The notes: a model not told the origin generated them from the sequence alone. 63,719 nt of DNA, filler included, from Octopus bimaculoides (GCF_001194135.2; 6 parts of 6 records of this genome joined end to end with filler, not necessarily neighbours in it), one strand, 5' to 3'. Positions 12,542 to 24,439 are shown, counted from the whole stretch's first letter. A program made the numbers and translations.

Positions 12542-15017
12542 GCGATAAACACATAATTTGTCATACATATTGTACATGGTTAATGATGCATATATCCTGG
12601 ATTCTTTTGTGTAAAGGTTTCACAAATTTATTTGCGGGTGTACGCAAAAGATAACAAGATTATAATTTCCCTAAATACAAATGAGCATGCGCTTAGAGCG
12701 CACAGGAAGGATCATTGTTGCATTCTTCCAGCAGTATTGATTTCACTTTAACAAACTTATTCATTTTTTTTTTACGGTACGTTTTGGTCTAGTTTAAATT
12801 ATCTTTAATGATATTTTTACAACTTGTACCGTACACTTTTCGTAAATTTTTAAATACTAAAATAATTTTTGCTTGCAAATTTTCCTATGTTGCAAATTTT
12901 AGGATTGTTATCCTGCACCAATGCAATACCATTCGTTTTATACTGATTTATTCCAATTTATCTTACTAGTTTTGAATGCTTACATGTTTTCGTCGGCAGT
13001 CAAATCCAACAGACTCTATTAACAATGAAACGTCATAAACCCCATCAAATCAGCTTAAAATGTTTATTTCATGATTTACCAAGTAATTATCATTGTAACA
13101 TATATAAACATTCATAAACCAATGCATTGTTCCAGATGTTCACCCCTGTCTGATGATCGGCTACTTGAAACTTGGAATATTGTGAAGTTTTTCAGCTTCA
13201 ATAAAACGCTATATTTTACGTTACATTTGGTATTCGATTGCTATTTTTCTCTACCATATTTCGCTAACTTTTGATCGCAAATATCTAAGCACACACGCAA
13301 TCACACGCGCGCGCATGTGTATGTGTGTGTGTGGGTGTGTGTAAGTATGTAAATCTTGAAATACAAAAACCACAAACAAAAATATGCATATGTATACGTA
13401 TATGAGTATTTGTCTATGTATGTATATATATATATATATNNNNNNNNNNNNNNNNNNNNNNNNNNNNNNNNNNNNNNNNNNNNNNNNNNNNNNNNNNNNN
13501 NNNNNNNNNNNNNNNNNNNNNNNNNNNNNNNNNNNNNNNNNNNNNNNNNNNNNNNNNNNNNNNNNNNNNNNNNNNNNNNNNNNNNNNNNNNNNNNNNNNN
13601 NNNNNNNNNNNNNNNNNNNNNNNNNNNNNNNNNNNNNNNNNNNNNNNNNNNNNNNNNNNNNNNNNNNNNNNNNNNNNNNNNNNNNNNNNNNNNNNNNNNN
13701 NNNNNNNNNNNNNNNNNNNNNNNNNNNNNNNNNNNNNNNNNNNNNNNNNNNNNNNNNNNNNNNNNNNNNNNNNNNNNNNNNNNNNNNNNNNNNNNNNNNN
13801 NNNNNNNNNNNNNNNNNNNNNNNNNNNNNNNNNNNNNNNNNNNNNNNNNNNNNNNNNNNNNNNNNNNNNNNNNNNNNNNNNNNNNNNNNNNNNNNNNNNN
13901 NNNNNNNNNNNNNNNNNNNNNNNNNNNNNNNNNNNNNNNNNNNNNNNNNNNNNNNNNNNNNNNNNNNNNNNNNNNNNNNNNNNNNNNNNNNNNNATTTTC
14001 CACATTCGTGTACACTCGAGCGTAGAATGACCTTCACCTTCGCTGCGGAAATTGTCTCGGACGAAAGATTCTTCTCATAAACAATGTGAGAGAAAACACA
14101 AGAATGGGCTTCGAATGACGTAACCGGAACGAAAGACACATGCACTTCTGCGTCATTACGCGTCATCAGCTACGGACACCGAATCCATCTTTCGTAGCTC
14201 ACCAAAAAAAGAATTTTTGCATTCAAACACCAAATAGTATATTTGCTGATGTGCTCAAACCTTGGTCAGGTTTGAATTGATTAATGAGCAGCACACAAAG
14301 CAAGGTTGATTGAAATATTTTCCAAGATAATTTCGGTAGCGATGATCTTTCGAAGTCGGAATGTCCACGAACGTGATAAGTCTAAATTGTACACACATAT
14401 ATTTAAATCACCGGTACTTCGTGCACATATAGTTAATATATATGTATGTACTTGCATGTGCGTGTGTGCATATATGTATGTAATTATGTATCTATTTATC
14501 CATCTATGTACTTACACTTACACATACATATACACACACACGTAGGTATTCATAAACATACGTATATATATTTACGCACACACGCACACACAGGCACACA
14601 CATACACACACACACGCACACACACAGAGATGTGTGCGCGTCTCTGTCCTTTTCTTCTTTCATGCACTCCAATGCTTTCTTTGTTAGAAAAATGTCGCCC
14701 ATCAATTTTTTTACTTTTTCTAAAGAAGTACCCCACCTTTCTCTTCATTCTCTTTCTCTTTATTATATGCTCTCAAAAGCACCACCACCACCAACAACAA
14801 CAACAACCACCACTCACCACCACCACCACCACTCACCACCACCACCACCATCACCGCCATGATCACCGCCGTCGCTTTCAGTGTTACTACTGAAGTTCCC
14901 GACATCAAATTCAACGAAAATTTACAGCTGGCGCTCTGTTTTTCAGTTTCCTTGGATGATGATGATGTTGTAAATGTTGTGTGTGCATAGGTGAGTGTTC
15001 GTGTGTGTGTGCATGCA

Positions 15018-15048
<31 letters not shown>

Positions 15049-15317
15049 GCGTGTGTGTGCGTGTGTTGTACGTCAGTTGTTCTATGGGTGTGTTATATCC
15101 ATGTAAACCACTTTATATGAACGACAACAGTCAAGTTGACAGGAATAACAGGACAACAAAAGACAGTGACATAGAGAACATAGAGAGCGACGTTTCGAAC
15201 ATAAAAGGACATCAGTAATGAAACAGAAAGGAAGAAGGAAAGAAAGGAAGAAAGAAAGAAAGAAAGAAAGAAAGGAAGGAAGGAAGGAAGGAAGAAAAGA
15301 AGAAAGAAAGGAAGGAA

Positions 15318-15354
<37 letters not shown>

Positions 15355-16178
15355 NNNNNNNNNNNNNNNNNNNNNNNNNNNNNNNNNNNNNNNNNNNNNN
15401 NNNNNNNNNNNNNNNNNNNNNNNNNNNNNNNNNNNNNNNNNNNNNNNNNNNNNNNNNNNNNNNNNNNNNNNNNNNNNNNNNNNNNNNNNNNNNNNNNNNN
15501 NNNNNNNNNNNNNNNNNNNNNNNNNNNNNNNNNNNNNNNNNNNNNNNNNNNNNNNNNNNNNNNNNNNNNNNNNNNNNNNNNNNNNNNNNNNNNNNNNNNN
15601 NNNNNNNNNNNNNNNNNNNNNNNNNNNNNNNNNNNNNNNNNNNNNNNNNNNNNNNNNNNNNNNNNNNNNNNNNNNNNNNNNNNNNNNNNNNNNNNNNNNN
15701 NNNNNNNNNNNNNNNNNNNNNNTGATGATGATGATGATGATTGTTGGGTGGGGGCGATGGTGGTGGTGGTGGTGGGGGCGGTAATGCTGGGTTTGGGAGT
15801 GGTAGAGTAACAGGAGATGATTAGAAAAGAATAAGATGTTGGGTAGGGTGGTTAAGAGAAGATGGACAAGAACTTCAAAGAGTCCATCACTTCGTATGAT
15901 TCATGTTCGCTGAAAGAGCAACAGTGAAATGAAACCAGAAATTGGTATAAGCGCGACAACAACAAAAACAAAATATTCCACCCAAACAATAACAATTGCA
16001 ACAATAAAGATGTCCTGTAGAAAGACACATTTTGTATACACCTAAACATATTACTGTTAATTATTCTATTAATTTTGCAGATATACTCTTTACGCTCAGA
16101 TACACTCAGGTTCCCTCACACACATACAAACAAATCCATACGCTCGTGCGCGCGTACACACACGCACACATACATACA

Positions 16179-16210
<32 letters not shown>

Positions 16211-16722
16211 CCGGGATCGGTGAATAAATTGCCGTCTAAATTACGCAAAAATGAGAATAACACTGACATCTCATTTTAGCAAATTTATGTAACAAGATTG
16301 CATAGAAAAACATCTTGAAATACTAAAGAGTAAATGTATTCAATAAAATTGCCATTGGCTTCAACCATGGCCTCCAAACGACTCTGGAATCTCTTGCAAC
16401 TCTTCTAGATGGTCTCCTTGTTTAAGTTGGTGAATGCTGCCATAATCCTTGCCTTTAGTTCACTTTTGGTGTTACAAGGAGTTTTGTTAAGTCTCTCACT
16501 CAACTGCAACCCACACATAATAATCAAGCGGGTAGCAGTCTGGGGAGTTAAGTGGCCAGAATTTAGGGGGTGATGTGGTTGCAGAAATTGTCTGACAGCC
16601 GTGACTGGGTTCTCTTGCAAGTGTGGCATGGTGCAGAGTCCTGTTGCCAGACATAGAGTCTTACAGCATCCACTCTCTTGACCCAGGGCAGCCCTACCTT
16701 CTCCAGGCACTTGATGTAGTGC
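16211..16722 (-). mobile_element. 5' truncated Tc1/mariner transposase relic, DD37D (maT) type, with terminal repeat
   Basis: Minus strand, with two frameshifts and a stop: YIKCLEKV...WQQDSAPCHT...WPLNSPDCYPLDYYVW...NKTPCNTKSELKARI...EANGNFIE; 37 residues between the last two Asp after correcting one frameshift; ends TA|CCGGGATCGGTG at 16209-16222. Confidence 0.85.
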
Positions 16723-16740
16723 GTGTATATGTTTGTGTGT

Positions 16741-16930
16741 CTGTGCTTCTCCCTCCAACATCGCTTGACAATTAATGCTGGTGTGTTTATGTCCCCGTAA
16801 CTTAGCGGTTCGGCAAAGAGAGACCGATAGAATAAGTCCTAGGCTTACAAAGAATAAGTCCTCGATTAAAAAGGCGGTGCTCTAGCATGGCCGCAGTCAA
16901 ATGACTGAAACAAGTAAAAGAATAAAAGAA
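16741..16930 (+). mobile_element. SINE family A, 3' half
   Basis: Matches the reverse complement of 9644-9850. Confidence 0.8.
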
Positions 16931-18454
16931 TATTATAGATAGAGACAGACAAACAAATAGACAGACAAAGTAAGTGAGAGAGAGAGAGATTTATGGACAA
17001 GTTCAGGCGGAACATTTTTTTTCCTTCTTAGATACGGAATAAGAAGGAACGAAAAAGAGAAAAGAGAGACACTGAGAGAGAAAGGGGGGTGAGAAAAAGA
17101 GAGAAAGAGGGAATGAGAAAGAGAGAGAGAGGGGGAGTAAGAGAGAGAGAGAGAGGGAGTAAGAGAGAGAAAGAGGTAGGGACGGAGGAAGTTGAAATGA
17201 AAATAACAGACAATGAAAGGCCACTGAATAAACAAACCCACCAGGAACTTGTTCTCCTCGTGTGGTTAATTGATAAATGTTTAAGGCCTGTTGTGCCCAC
17301 CTTTTCGGTTCGTTGACATCAATAAAATGTTTTATGGCACGAGTAGGCTTGTGTATCNNNNNNNNNNNNNNNNNNNNNNNNNNNNNNNNNNNNNNNNNNN
17401 NNNNNNNNNNNNNNNNNNNNNNNNNNNNNNNNNNNNNNNNNNNNNNNNNNNNNNNNNNNNNNNNNNNNNNNNNNNNNNNNNNNNNNNNNNNNNNNNNNNN
17501 NNNNNNNNNNNNNNNNNNNNNNNNNNNNNNNNNNNNNNNNNNNNNNNNNNNNNNNNNNNNNNNNNNNNNNNNNNNNNNNNNNNNNNNNNNNNNNNNNNNN
17601 NNNNNNNNNNNNNNNNNNNNNNNNNNNNNNNNNNNNNNNNNNNNNNNNNNNNNNNNNNNNNNNNNNNNNNNNNNNNNNNNNNNNNNNNNNNNNNNNNNNN
17701 NNNNNNNNNNNNNNNNNNNNNNNNNNNNNNNNNNNNNNNNNNNNNNNNNNNNNNNNNNNNNNNNNNNNNNNNNNNNNNNNNNNNNNNNNNNNNNNNNNNN
17801 NNNNNNNNNNNNNNNNNNNNNNNNNNNNNNNNNNNNNNNNNNCCACAGCCGCCGCCACCACTACCACTGTCACCACCACTACTACCATCACCATCGCCAT
17901 TACCTTTGCCGCTGCCGCTACCACCACCATCACCAGCAACAACACCCCACCATCATTGATACCGTTGCCACCTCGGCAATAACTATGACGATGACTAATA
18001 TGACGAAGTCGACGACCATCATTACTACCATCATTACTTCCACTGCTTCAAACATCACCACCACCACCACCACCATCGTTGACGCATCATTTCTACCAAA
18101 ATGGCGGCCAACATGAAACAGTATAACTATCCAGATCAATATTGCTACGTCCCATCAGCACATTTAGACATCGTCACCATGACCACCATCGGGAAATTAA
18201 TTAAGCCATCACCATTACCCAATGAAGCCCTGGTCATTAGGATCACATTGACCACGATGTAGATAGTAGAGACGCTTCTTGCATCATCAATGGCTCAAAT
18301 ATAGGCCACGGCCTTATAAACATCAATATTATATCTGTATTATAGTTCAAGGAATATAGACCACCTGTTATACCAAGAAACATCACTGTTTCTTTATTAG
18401 CGGCTCTAGCATAGCCACAATGTATCACAACATAACCTTCACCATTATATTGGT

Positions 18455-18650
18455 TTCAAATTTGGCTCAGGGCCAGCAATTTCGGAAAAGGGGCTAAGTC
18501 GATTATATAGACACCACTGTTTAACTGGTACTTATTTTATCGACCCCAAAAGGATAAACAGCAAAGGCGACCCCGGTGGCATTTAAACTCGGAATGCTAC
18601 TAGATATTTTACTCGGCGGGTTAACGATTCTGTCAACTCACCGGTTTAAC
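18455..18650 (-). mobile_element. SINE family B, diverged
   Basis: ctggtacttattttatcgaccccaaaaggat core. Confidence 0.7.
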
Positions 18651-18769
18651 CATTCACCTTTATATTACCAGCTCAAATGCAAACTATCATATCACCATAA
18701 ACATCACCATTATATCTAAACTACCTGCTCAAGTATAGACCATCTGTAGCACCACAAAAATCACCATTA

Positions 18770-19092
18770 CAGTGGAACCTCAGTTTATGAACGCCTTTCA
18801 CTAAAAACAAATTGGTTTACGAACAATTTTTCGAGTATAAATCGCTTCGAGTGACGGATGGTGTCTCGAATAACGAACATGCAAACCGGCAACAATAATC
18901 ACCCAACAAACTGGAAGTGTCATCAGGAGAGCCTCAGTTGCTGCATAGCTTTCGCTCAGTGCACATCCCGGCTCAAATTCGCCGTGCTTTATCTTGAATT
19001 TCCTGAGGGAAAAATAGTTTCAGTTCACGAAGACTTTAGTTGACGAACGGTCTTCAAGAATGAAATCAAATTCGTAAACTGAACTTCCACTA
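18770..19092. mobile_element. Tigger/pogo-like MITE
   Basis: TA|CAGTGGAACCTCAGTTTATGAA ... TTCGTAAACTGAACTTCCACTA|TA: imperfect TIRs, TA flanks, internal ACGAAC subrepeats. Confidence 0.7.
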
Positions 19093-19434
19093 TATATTGG
19101 TATTACTGACTCAAGTATAGCGAACATCTATCACTCCTCACACAAAGTTACACACACACGCTCACACATATTATAAAGGATAAAATTGTTAAAAATTTTA
19201 TCAGTGACCAGTATATAAAAAAAGACCTATTAAGGTGAAATCATAACTACAATTATAATTTTATTTTCTATGCTCTTAACTACAATTATAATTAAGAGCA
19301 TAGAAAATAAAATTTTCTTGCCTATATGCCGAAAAAACCCCCGCTAATTTGTTGAACCACATTAAATATCCTCAGTATTATTATTGCACTCGTATCGAAA
19401 GGGAGTAAGATAATAGAAATTCATAAAATTGAGT

Positions 19435-19500
19435 TATTTCTGGATCGGACCGATTTCTGGATTAACCTTAAAAAGGTTTTTCCTTCGTCAGCAGAGAATA
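19435..19500 (-). ncRNA. Type I hammerhead ribozyme motif
   Basis: Minus strand: TATTCTCTG CTGACGA A GGA aa AACCTT ttt AAGGTT aa TCC A GAAA TCG gtc CGAT C CAGAAATA: intact core, two-part stem II, ATCG/CGAT stem III, AUC triplet, stem I with one mismatch. Confidence 0.7.
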
Positions 19501-19932
19501 CCAGGAAATAAAATTAAATATTTATGCATACCCACAGAAAAGCAGACGCAATGTCATGATTGCATATAAGTACCCCAAATATATCCATAGCAAATTCTAT
19601 AGTAAGCCTCGACACGTGTGCAGTCAGTCAAGAATAGCACGTAAGTGGCTAAACTGTCCCGATGTGAATGGGAATTAATTTAATTATAATATAAAGGATA
19701 AAAGTTGTTAAAATTTTTATCAGTGGACAGAATATAAAAAATACCTATTAAGATGAAATCATAAATACATTTAGGGACAGTTTAGCCACTTACGTGCTAT
19801 TCTTGACCGGCTACACACGTGTCGAGACTTGCTATGGAATTTACTATGGATATATTTGGGGTACTTATATGCAATCATAACATTGCGTCTGCTTTTCTGT
19901 GGGTTTGTATAAGTATTTCATTTATTTCCTAA

Positions 19933-19996
19933 TATTCTCTGCTGGCGGAGGAAAACCCTTTTAGTTTAATCCAGAAATTGGTCAAATCCAGAGATA
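19933..19996 (+). ncRNA. Degenerate copy of the same hammerhead (core mutated to CTGGCGG)
   Basis: TATTCTCTG CTGGCGG A GGA aaaccc tttt agttt aa TCC A GAAA TTG gtc AAAT C CAGAGATA; perfect TCTCTG/CAGAGA stem I, two core substitutions. Confidence 0.5.
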
Positions 19997-20149
19997 ACTC
20001 AATTTTATAAATTTCTGTCAGGTTGCTCCCTCGTTTCAAAACGTGTGTAATAACAGTGAGGATATTTAATGTGGTTCGACGATTTAGCGTCTCTTCTCAG
20101 CATAAAAAGAATTTTTTCTATGCCCTTAATTATAGTTATAATTATATAT

Positions 20150-20534
20150 GTGGATGCGCAATGACCCAGTGGTTAGGGCAGCGGACGCGCGGTCATAGGA
20201 TCGCGGTTTCGATTCCCAGACCGGGCGTTGTGAGTGTTTATTGAGCAAAAACACCTAAAGCTCCACGAGGCTCCAGCAGGGGATGGTGGTGAACCCTGCT
20301 GTACTCTTTCACCACAGCTTTCTCTCACTCTTACTTCCTGTTTCTGTTGTGCCTGTAATTCAAAGGGTCAGCCTTGTCACACTGTGACACGCTGAATATC
20401 CCCGAGAACGACGTTAAGGGTGTACGTGTCTGTGGAGTGCTCAGCCACTTGCACGTTAATTTCACGAGCAGGCTGTTCCGTTGATCGGATCAACTGGAAC
20501 CCTCGACGTCGTAAGCGACGGAGTGCCAACAACA
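20150..20534 (+). mobile_element. SINE family C, full length, (AAC)n tail, 10-bp TSD
   Basis: tRNA-like head gcgcaatgacccagtggttagg...ggtttcgattccc; AATTATATAT at 20140-20149 and 20535-20544. Confidence 0.9.
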
Positions 20535-21039
20535 AATTATATATATGCATAATACACAGACACACACACACACACACACACATAATGTACTACTCTGTGA
20601 TAGAAAGATCAACAAAAAAAGTACTCCATCTGGTGAGAGATAAATATTATTTATTTAAAGGTGATACTACATGTCTCTAAGTGCTACTAATAGTTTCGTA
20701 TGTTGAGAAATATTTCAAACATATTCATCAGGCAGAAACCACATATAACAGACTAAAAGAAATCGAATAACAGAAGAAACGCGAAAAAAACCGAGAAGGT
20801 AGCATTTAGAAAACGCGAAAGGTTTTAGAAACGGAAAGCAAAGAGTGAAATCTAAAATGTAAAAAGCAAAAATAGGTTTAAGAGTTTCTATGTATATGTT
20901 GCCTTCTCAGCTCTTTTTTTGCGTTTTTTCTTTAACTCAATAGCGATCACAATAACATTCTTGTGATTTCCACGTCTCATTTCTTTGTACAAAAGAACGT
21001 TATAACGTGAACATATATTGTGTCCTTTAAATAAATAAT

Positions 21040-21275
21040 GCGTGTGTGTGTGTGTTTGTTTCGGTGTTTGTCCCCCACCACCGCTCGACAACTGGTGTTA
21101 CAGTGTTTACGTCCTCGTAACATTAGCCGTCCGGCGAAAGAGAATCGATAGAATAAGTACAAGGCTCTAAAAAAATAAGTCCTGGGGTCGATTTGTTCGA
21201 CTCGAACCCTTCAAGGCGGTGTCCCAGCAAGGCCGCTGTCAAAAATGACTGAGACAAGTAAACGATAGAAAACAA
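21040..21275 (+). mobile_element. SINE family A, diverged 3' half
   Basis: gatagaataagtac...cctggggtcgatttg...aaggcggtg...aatgactga motifs shared with family A. Confidence 0.7.
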
Positions 21276-21414
21276 AAGACATGGATTATAAACATAATAC
21301 AGTATTCGGATACCCGCATGTTGGTAGGGTATCCACACTATGTCCCATGGTGGGATATCCACTCTAAGTCCCGTGTTTTGTACTAGATTTATATCGTGAT
21401 TTACATATCCTTTT

Positions 21415-21848
21415 CTACTCTAGGCACAAGGCCCAAACTTTTTTTTTTGTTTTGGTGGGGGTCAGTTGATTAGATCGACCCCAGTACCCAACTAGTACTT
21501 AATTTATCGACCCCGAAAGGATAAAAGGCAAAGTCGACCTCGGCGGAATTCGAACTCAGAACGAAAAGACAGACGAAGTACCGCTAAGCATTTCGCCCGG
21601 CGTGCTAACGTTTCTTATTTCTTTATTGCCTACAAGGGGCTAAACATAGAGGGGACAAGCGAGGACAGACAAAGGGATTAAGTCGATTACATCGACCCCA
21701 GTGCGTAACTGGTACTTAATTTATCGACCCCGAAAGGATAAAAGGCAAAGTCGACCTCGGTGGAATTTGAACTGAGAACGTAAAGACAGACGAAATACCG
21801 CAAAGCATTTCGCCAGGCGTGCTAACGTTTCTGCCAGCTCGCTGCCTT
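21415..21848 (-). mobile_element. Tandem pair of SINE family B (core gcctttcatcctttcggggtcgataaattaagtaccag)
   Basis: About 135 bp directly repeated at 21475-21612 and 21693-21832. Confidence 0.85.
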
Positions 21849-22034
21849 TTCGTCATTTACACATCGTAATTGTAAATAATCTCGTATTTATTCAGTCTTT
21901 ACTTTACATTCAATTTTTAATATGTTCATTGTATAATGTCTTTCACTTGTCCGTCTTCACACGTTTTTTGACACCCTCATATATAACATCTTGTTTGTAT
22001 CTACGTATCAGCCTACGTGATCACTAGATAAAAC

Positions 22035-22109
<75 letters not shown>

Positions 22110-22439
22110 CATGGTTGTTGTTATTATTGGTGGTGGTGGTCGTCGTCGTGTATGATGGCATTATGTAAATCATTACCAGAGTTAAGAGCACAAGCAACCA
22201 CAACGATGACAATTATCCTATTATTATCATTATCAGTCTTTTTCAACTTCTTCCTTCTCCCCTTCTCCTCCTTCTCCTCATCGTCATCAACATCATCACC
22301 TCCACCAATACCACCGACCACCACCATCATGATCATGATCATGATCATCATCATCATCATCATTACCACCATCACCACTAACAGCAACACCACCATCAAC
22401 ACACCTCCACCACCACCACCGCCACCACTACCAACACCA

Positions 22440-22508
<69 letters not shown>

Positions 22509-23199
22509 CCACCAATAGCGATCACAACAACATTCTTGTCATCTTTGCGTCTCATTTCTTTGTACAAAAGAACGTTATAACGAGAACAAGTATTGCTTAA
22601 TAATCATTTCTTAATTCTGTAATTTCTATTGCCGTTATTAGAGGACATAAGAAGTACGTAATTTAGACCACTCATCTAGGCTAACTGCATCATCAAATAC
22701 AAGAGCCGTAAACGTTTTACTAAGACAACAGAAGCAGTCATAAATGACACCATTATCAGCTACAGTCGTCTGCATTTCACCACCATCTTGATTCCCGGTA
22801 TTCCTCCCCCAACCACAGTCACCAACACTTTCAAAATACTTCCATCATTATTACTACAACCTGGCCTTCCGCTCCTCCGCCTTCTTCTGTTCTTTTTTCT
22901 TTTTCTTCTTTCGTTATTTTTTCTTGTGTTAATACCAACAGGCCTTCCTTCCTCAATGACGTCAATATTTACAACGCATCTCGGCTCTCATACTCAGCCT
23001 ATACAGATGCCATCGCAGCAAAAAGAAAAAGACTAGCAGCTATCACGATATTCAACCCTTTTCATCAACTAGCTTCACTTCTTAAATGCATCTTTGACCA
23101 ACGCATATACACACGAGCGAGCATGCACGCATACACGTGGATACGTGTATTTTAAACACCATTGGTATCTTTAATCTATATCAAATTTGAGCATGTTTA

Positions 23200-23670
23200 A
23201 TAGGTTATTGCATGTCTTACCTCGAAGGGAATAATACTACTGTTGGTTAACAGGTTATTGCATGTCTTACCTGAAGGGGATAATACTACTGTTGGTTAAA
23301 CCTAGGAAGCTGCACCGCTTCCTGTCGGCCTTGACACATTTCCTGTGTCCTTGTGTTTACAAGGGGGACTGCTACATTAAGTTGGCAGCATACAACTACT
23401 TCATCGTATCACTACTGCATAAATCTCTCTGAGAGATTTAGAAATGTATTATTTCTAAATTTGAAAATAGTGAATGTATTTCACTAGAATTATTATATGT
23501 TTACAAGAGCTTGACAGGCATCTCCGACTAGCAGGTTATGCTACTCCAGACTGATGACGAGCAAAGACTCAGAAACATGTCTCTGGATGCAGGCTTAGCT
23601 GGGTGGAGGTACTTGTCTCCCCCTTGTCTTCCCCCACCCCAGTACTTACATTTTTTTAAAGCTTAGTACN
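23200..23670 (+). mobile_element. Repeat family F with internal 51-bp tandem duplication, followed by the hammerhead
   Basis: 23270-23460 matches blocks of 56938-57225; aggttattgcatgtcttacc...gttggttaa is duplicated at about 23201 and 23252. Confidence 0.6.
23545..23587 (+). ncRNA. Type I hammerhead ribozyme motif
   Basis: TCCAGA (stem I) CTGATGA C GAG caaaga CTC A GAAA CATGT C TCTGGA: perfect 6-bp stem I, intact core boxes, 3-bp stem II, palindromic ACATGT stem III, GUC cleavage triplet (cut after 23581). Confidence 0.8.
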
Positions 23671-24439
23671 NNNNNNNNNNNNNNNNNNNNNNNNNNNNNN
23701 NNNNNNNNNNNNNNNNNNNNNNNNNNNNNNNNNNNNNNNNNNNNNNNNNNNNNNNNNNNNNNNNNNNNNNNNNNNNNNNNNNNNNNNNNNNNNNNNNNNN
23801 NNNNNNNNNNNNNNNNNNNNNNNNNNNNNNNNNNNNNNNNNNNNNNNNNNNNNNNNNNNNNNNNNNNNNNNNNNNNNNNNNNNNNNNNNNNNNNNNNNNN
23901 NNNNNNNNNNNNNNNNNNNNNNNNNNNNNNNNNNNNNNNNNNNNNNNNNNNNNNNNNNNNNNNNNNNNNNNNNNNNNNNNNNNNNNNNNNNNNNNNNNNN
24001 NNNNNNNNNNNNNNNNNNNNNNNNNNNNNNNNNNNNNNNNNNNNNNNNNNNNNATGTATGTATGTCATTGTTCAGTTTTATTTCAAGATTTCTTGCCAAT
24101 AGAGAAAGAGCCGGTTTCTAACCTAAATCCAAGGTTCCTTCACTGGAATTTCAACATCAACAACAGGGTATTTTTATGTATGTATGTATGTATGTATGTA
24201 TGTATGTATGTATGTATGTATGTATACATGTATGTATACGTGCAGCTTCGTATGTATTCTCATGCATATAGTTGCATATCTAGACATGCTCATATATATT
24301 TAAATACTAAACTTCTGGAAAGTTTTACAGATCTTTAAAGTTCCAGTGATGGATTGAATGTGTATGTATGTATCTATGTATATATATATATATATGTGTG
24401 TGTGCGCGCGTGTGGTGCTTGTGTGCGTTTGTGACTTTG

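Larger units (their letters stand above)
19172..20140. mobile_element. Composite repeat with about 370-bp inverted arms (Penelope-like pseudo-LTR architecture)
   Basis: 19280-19660 is the diverged reverse complement of 19770-20140; a roughly 85-bp block is directly repeated at 19172 and 19688; each arm holds a hammerhead motif. Confidence 0.65.

Noticed and set aside
14125-14180. Hammerhead-like CTGATGA-C-GCGT aatg ACGC-A-GAAG on the minus strand
   Set aside because: GAAG instead of GAAA, no convincing stem III, and stem I pairs poorly.
15180-15222. CTGATGT...GAAACGTC on the minus strand
   Set aside because: Core mismatch, no stem II or stem I pairing; at most a decayed remnant.
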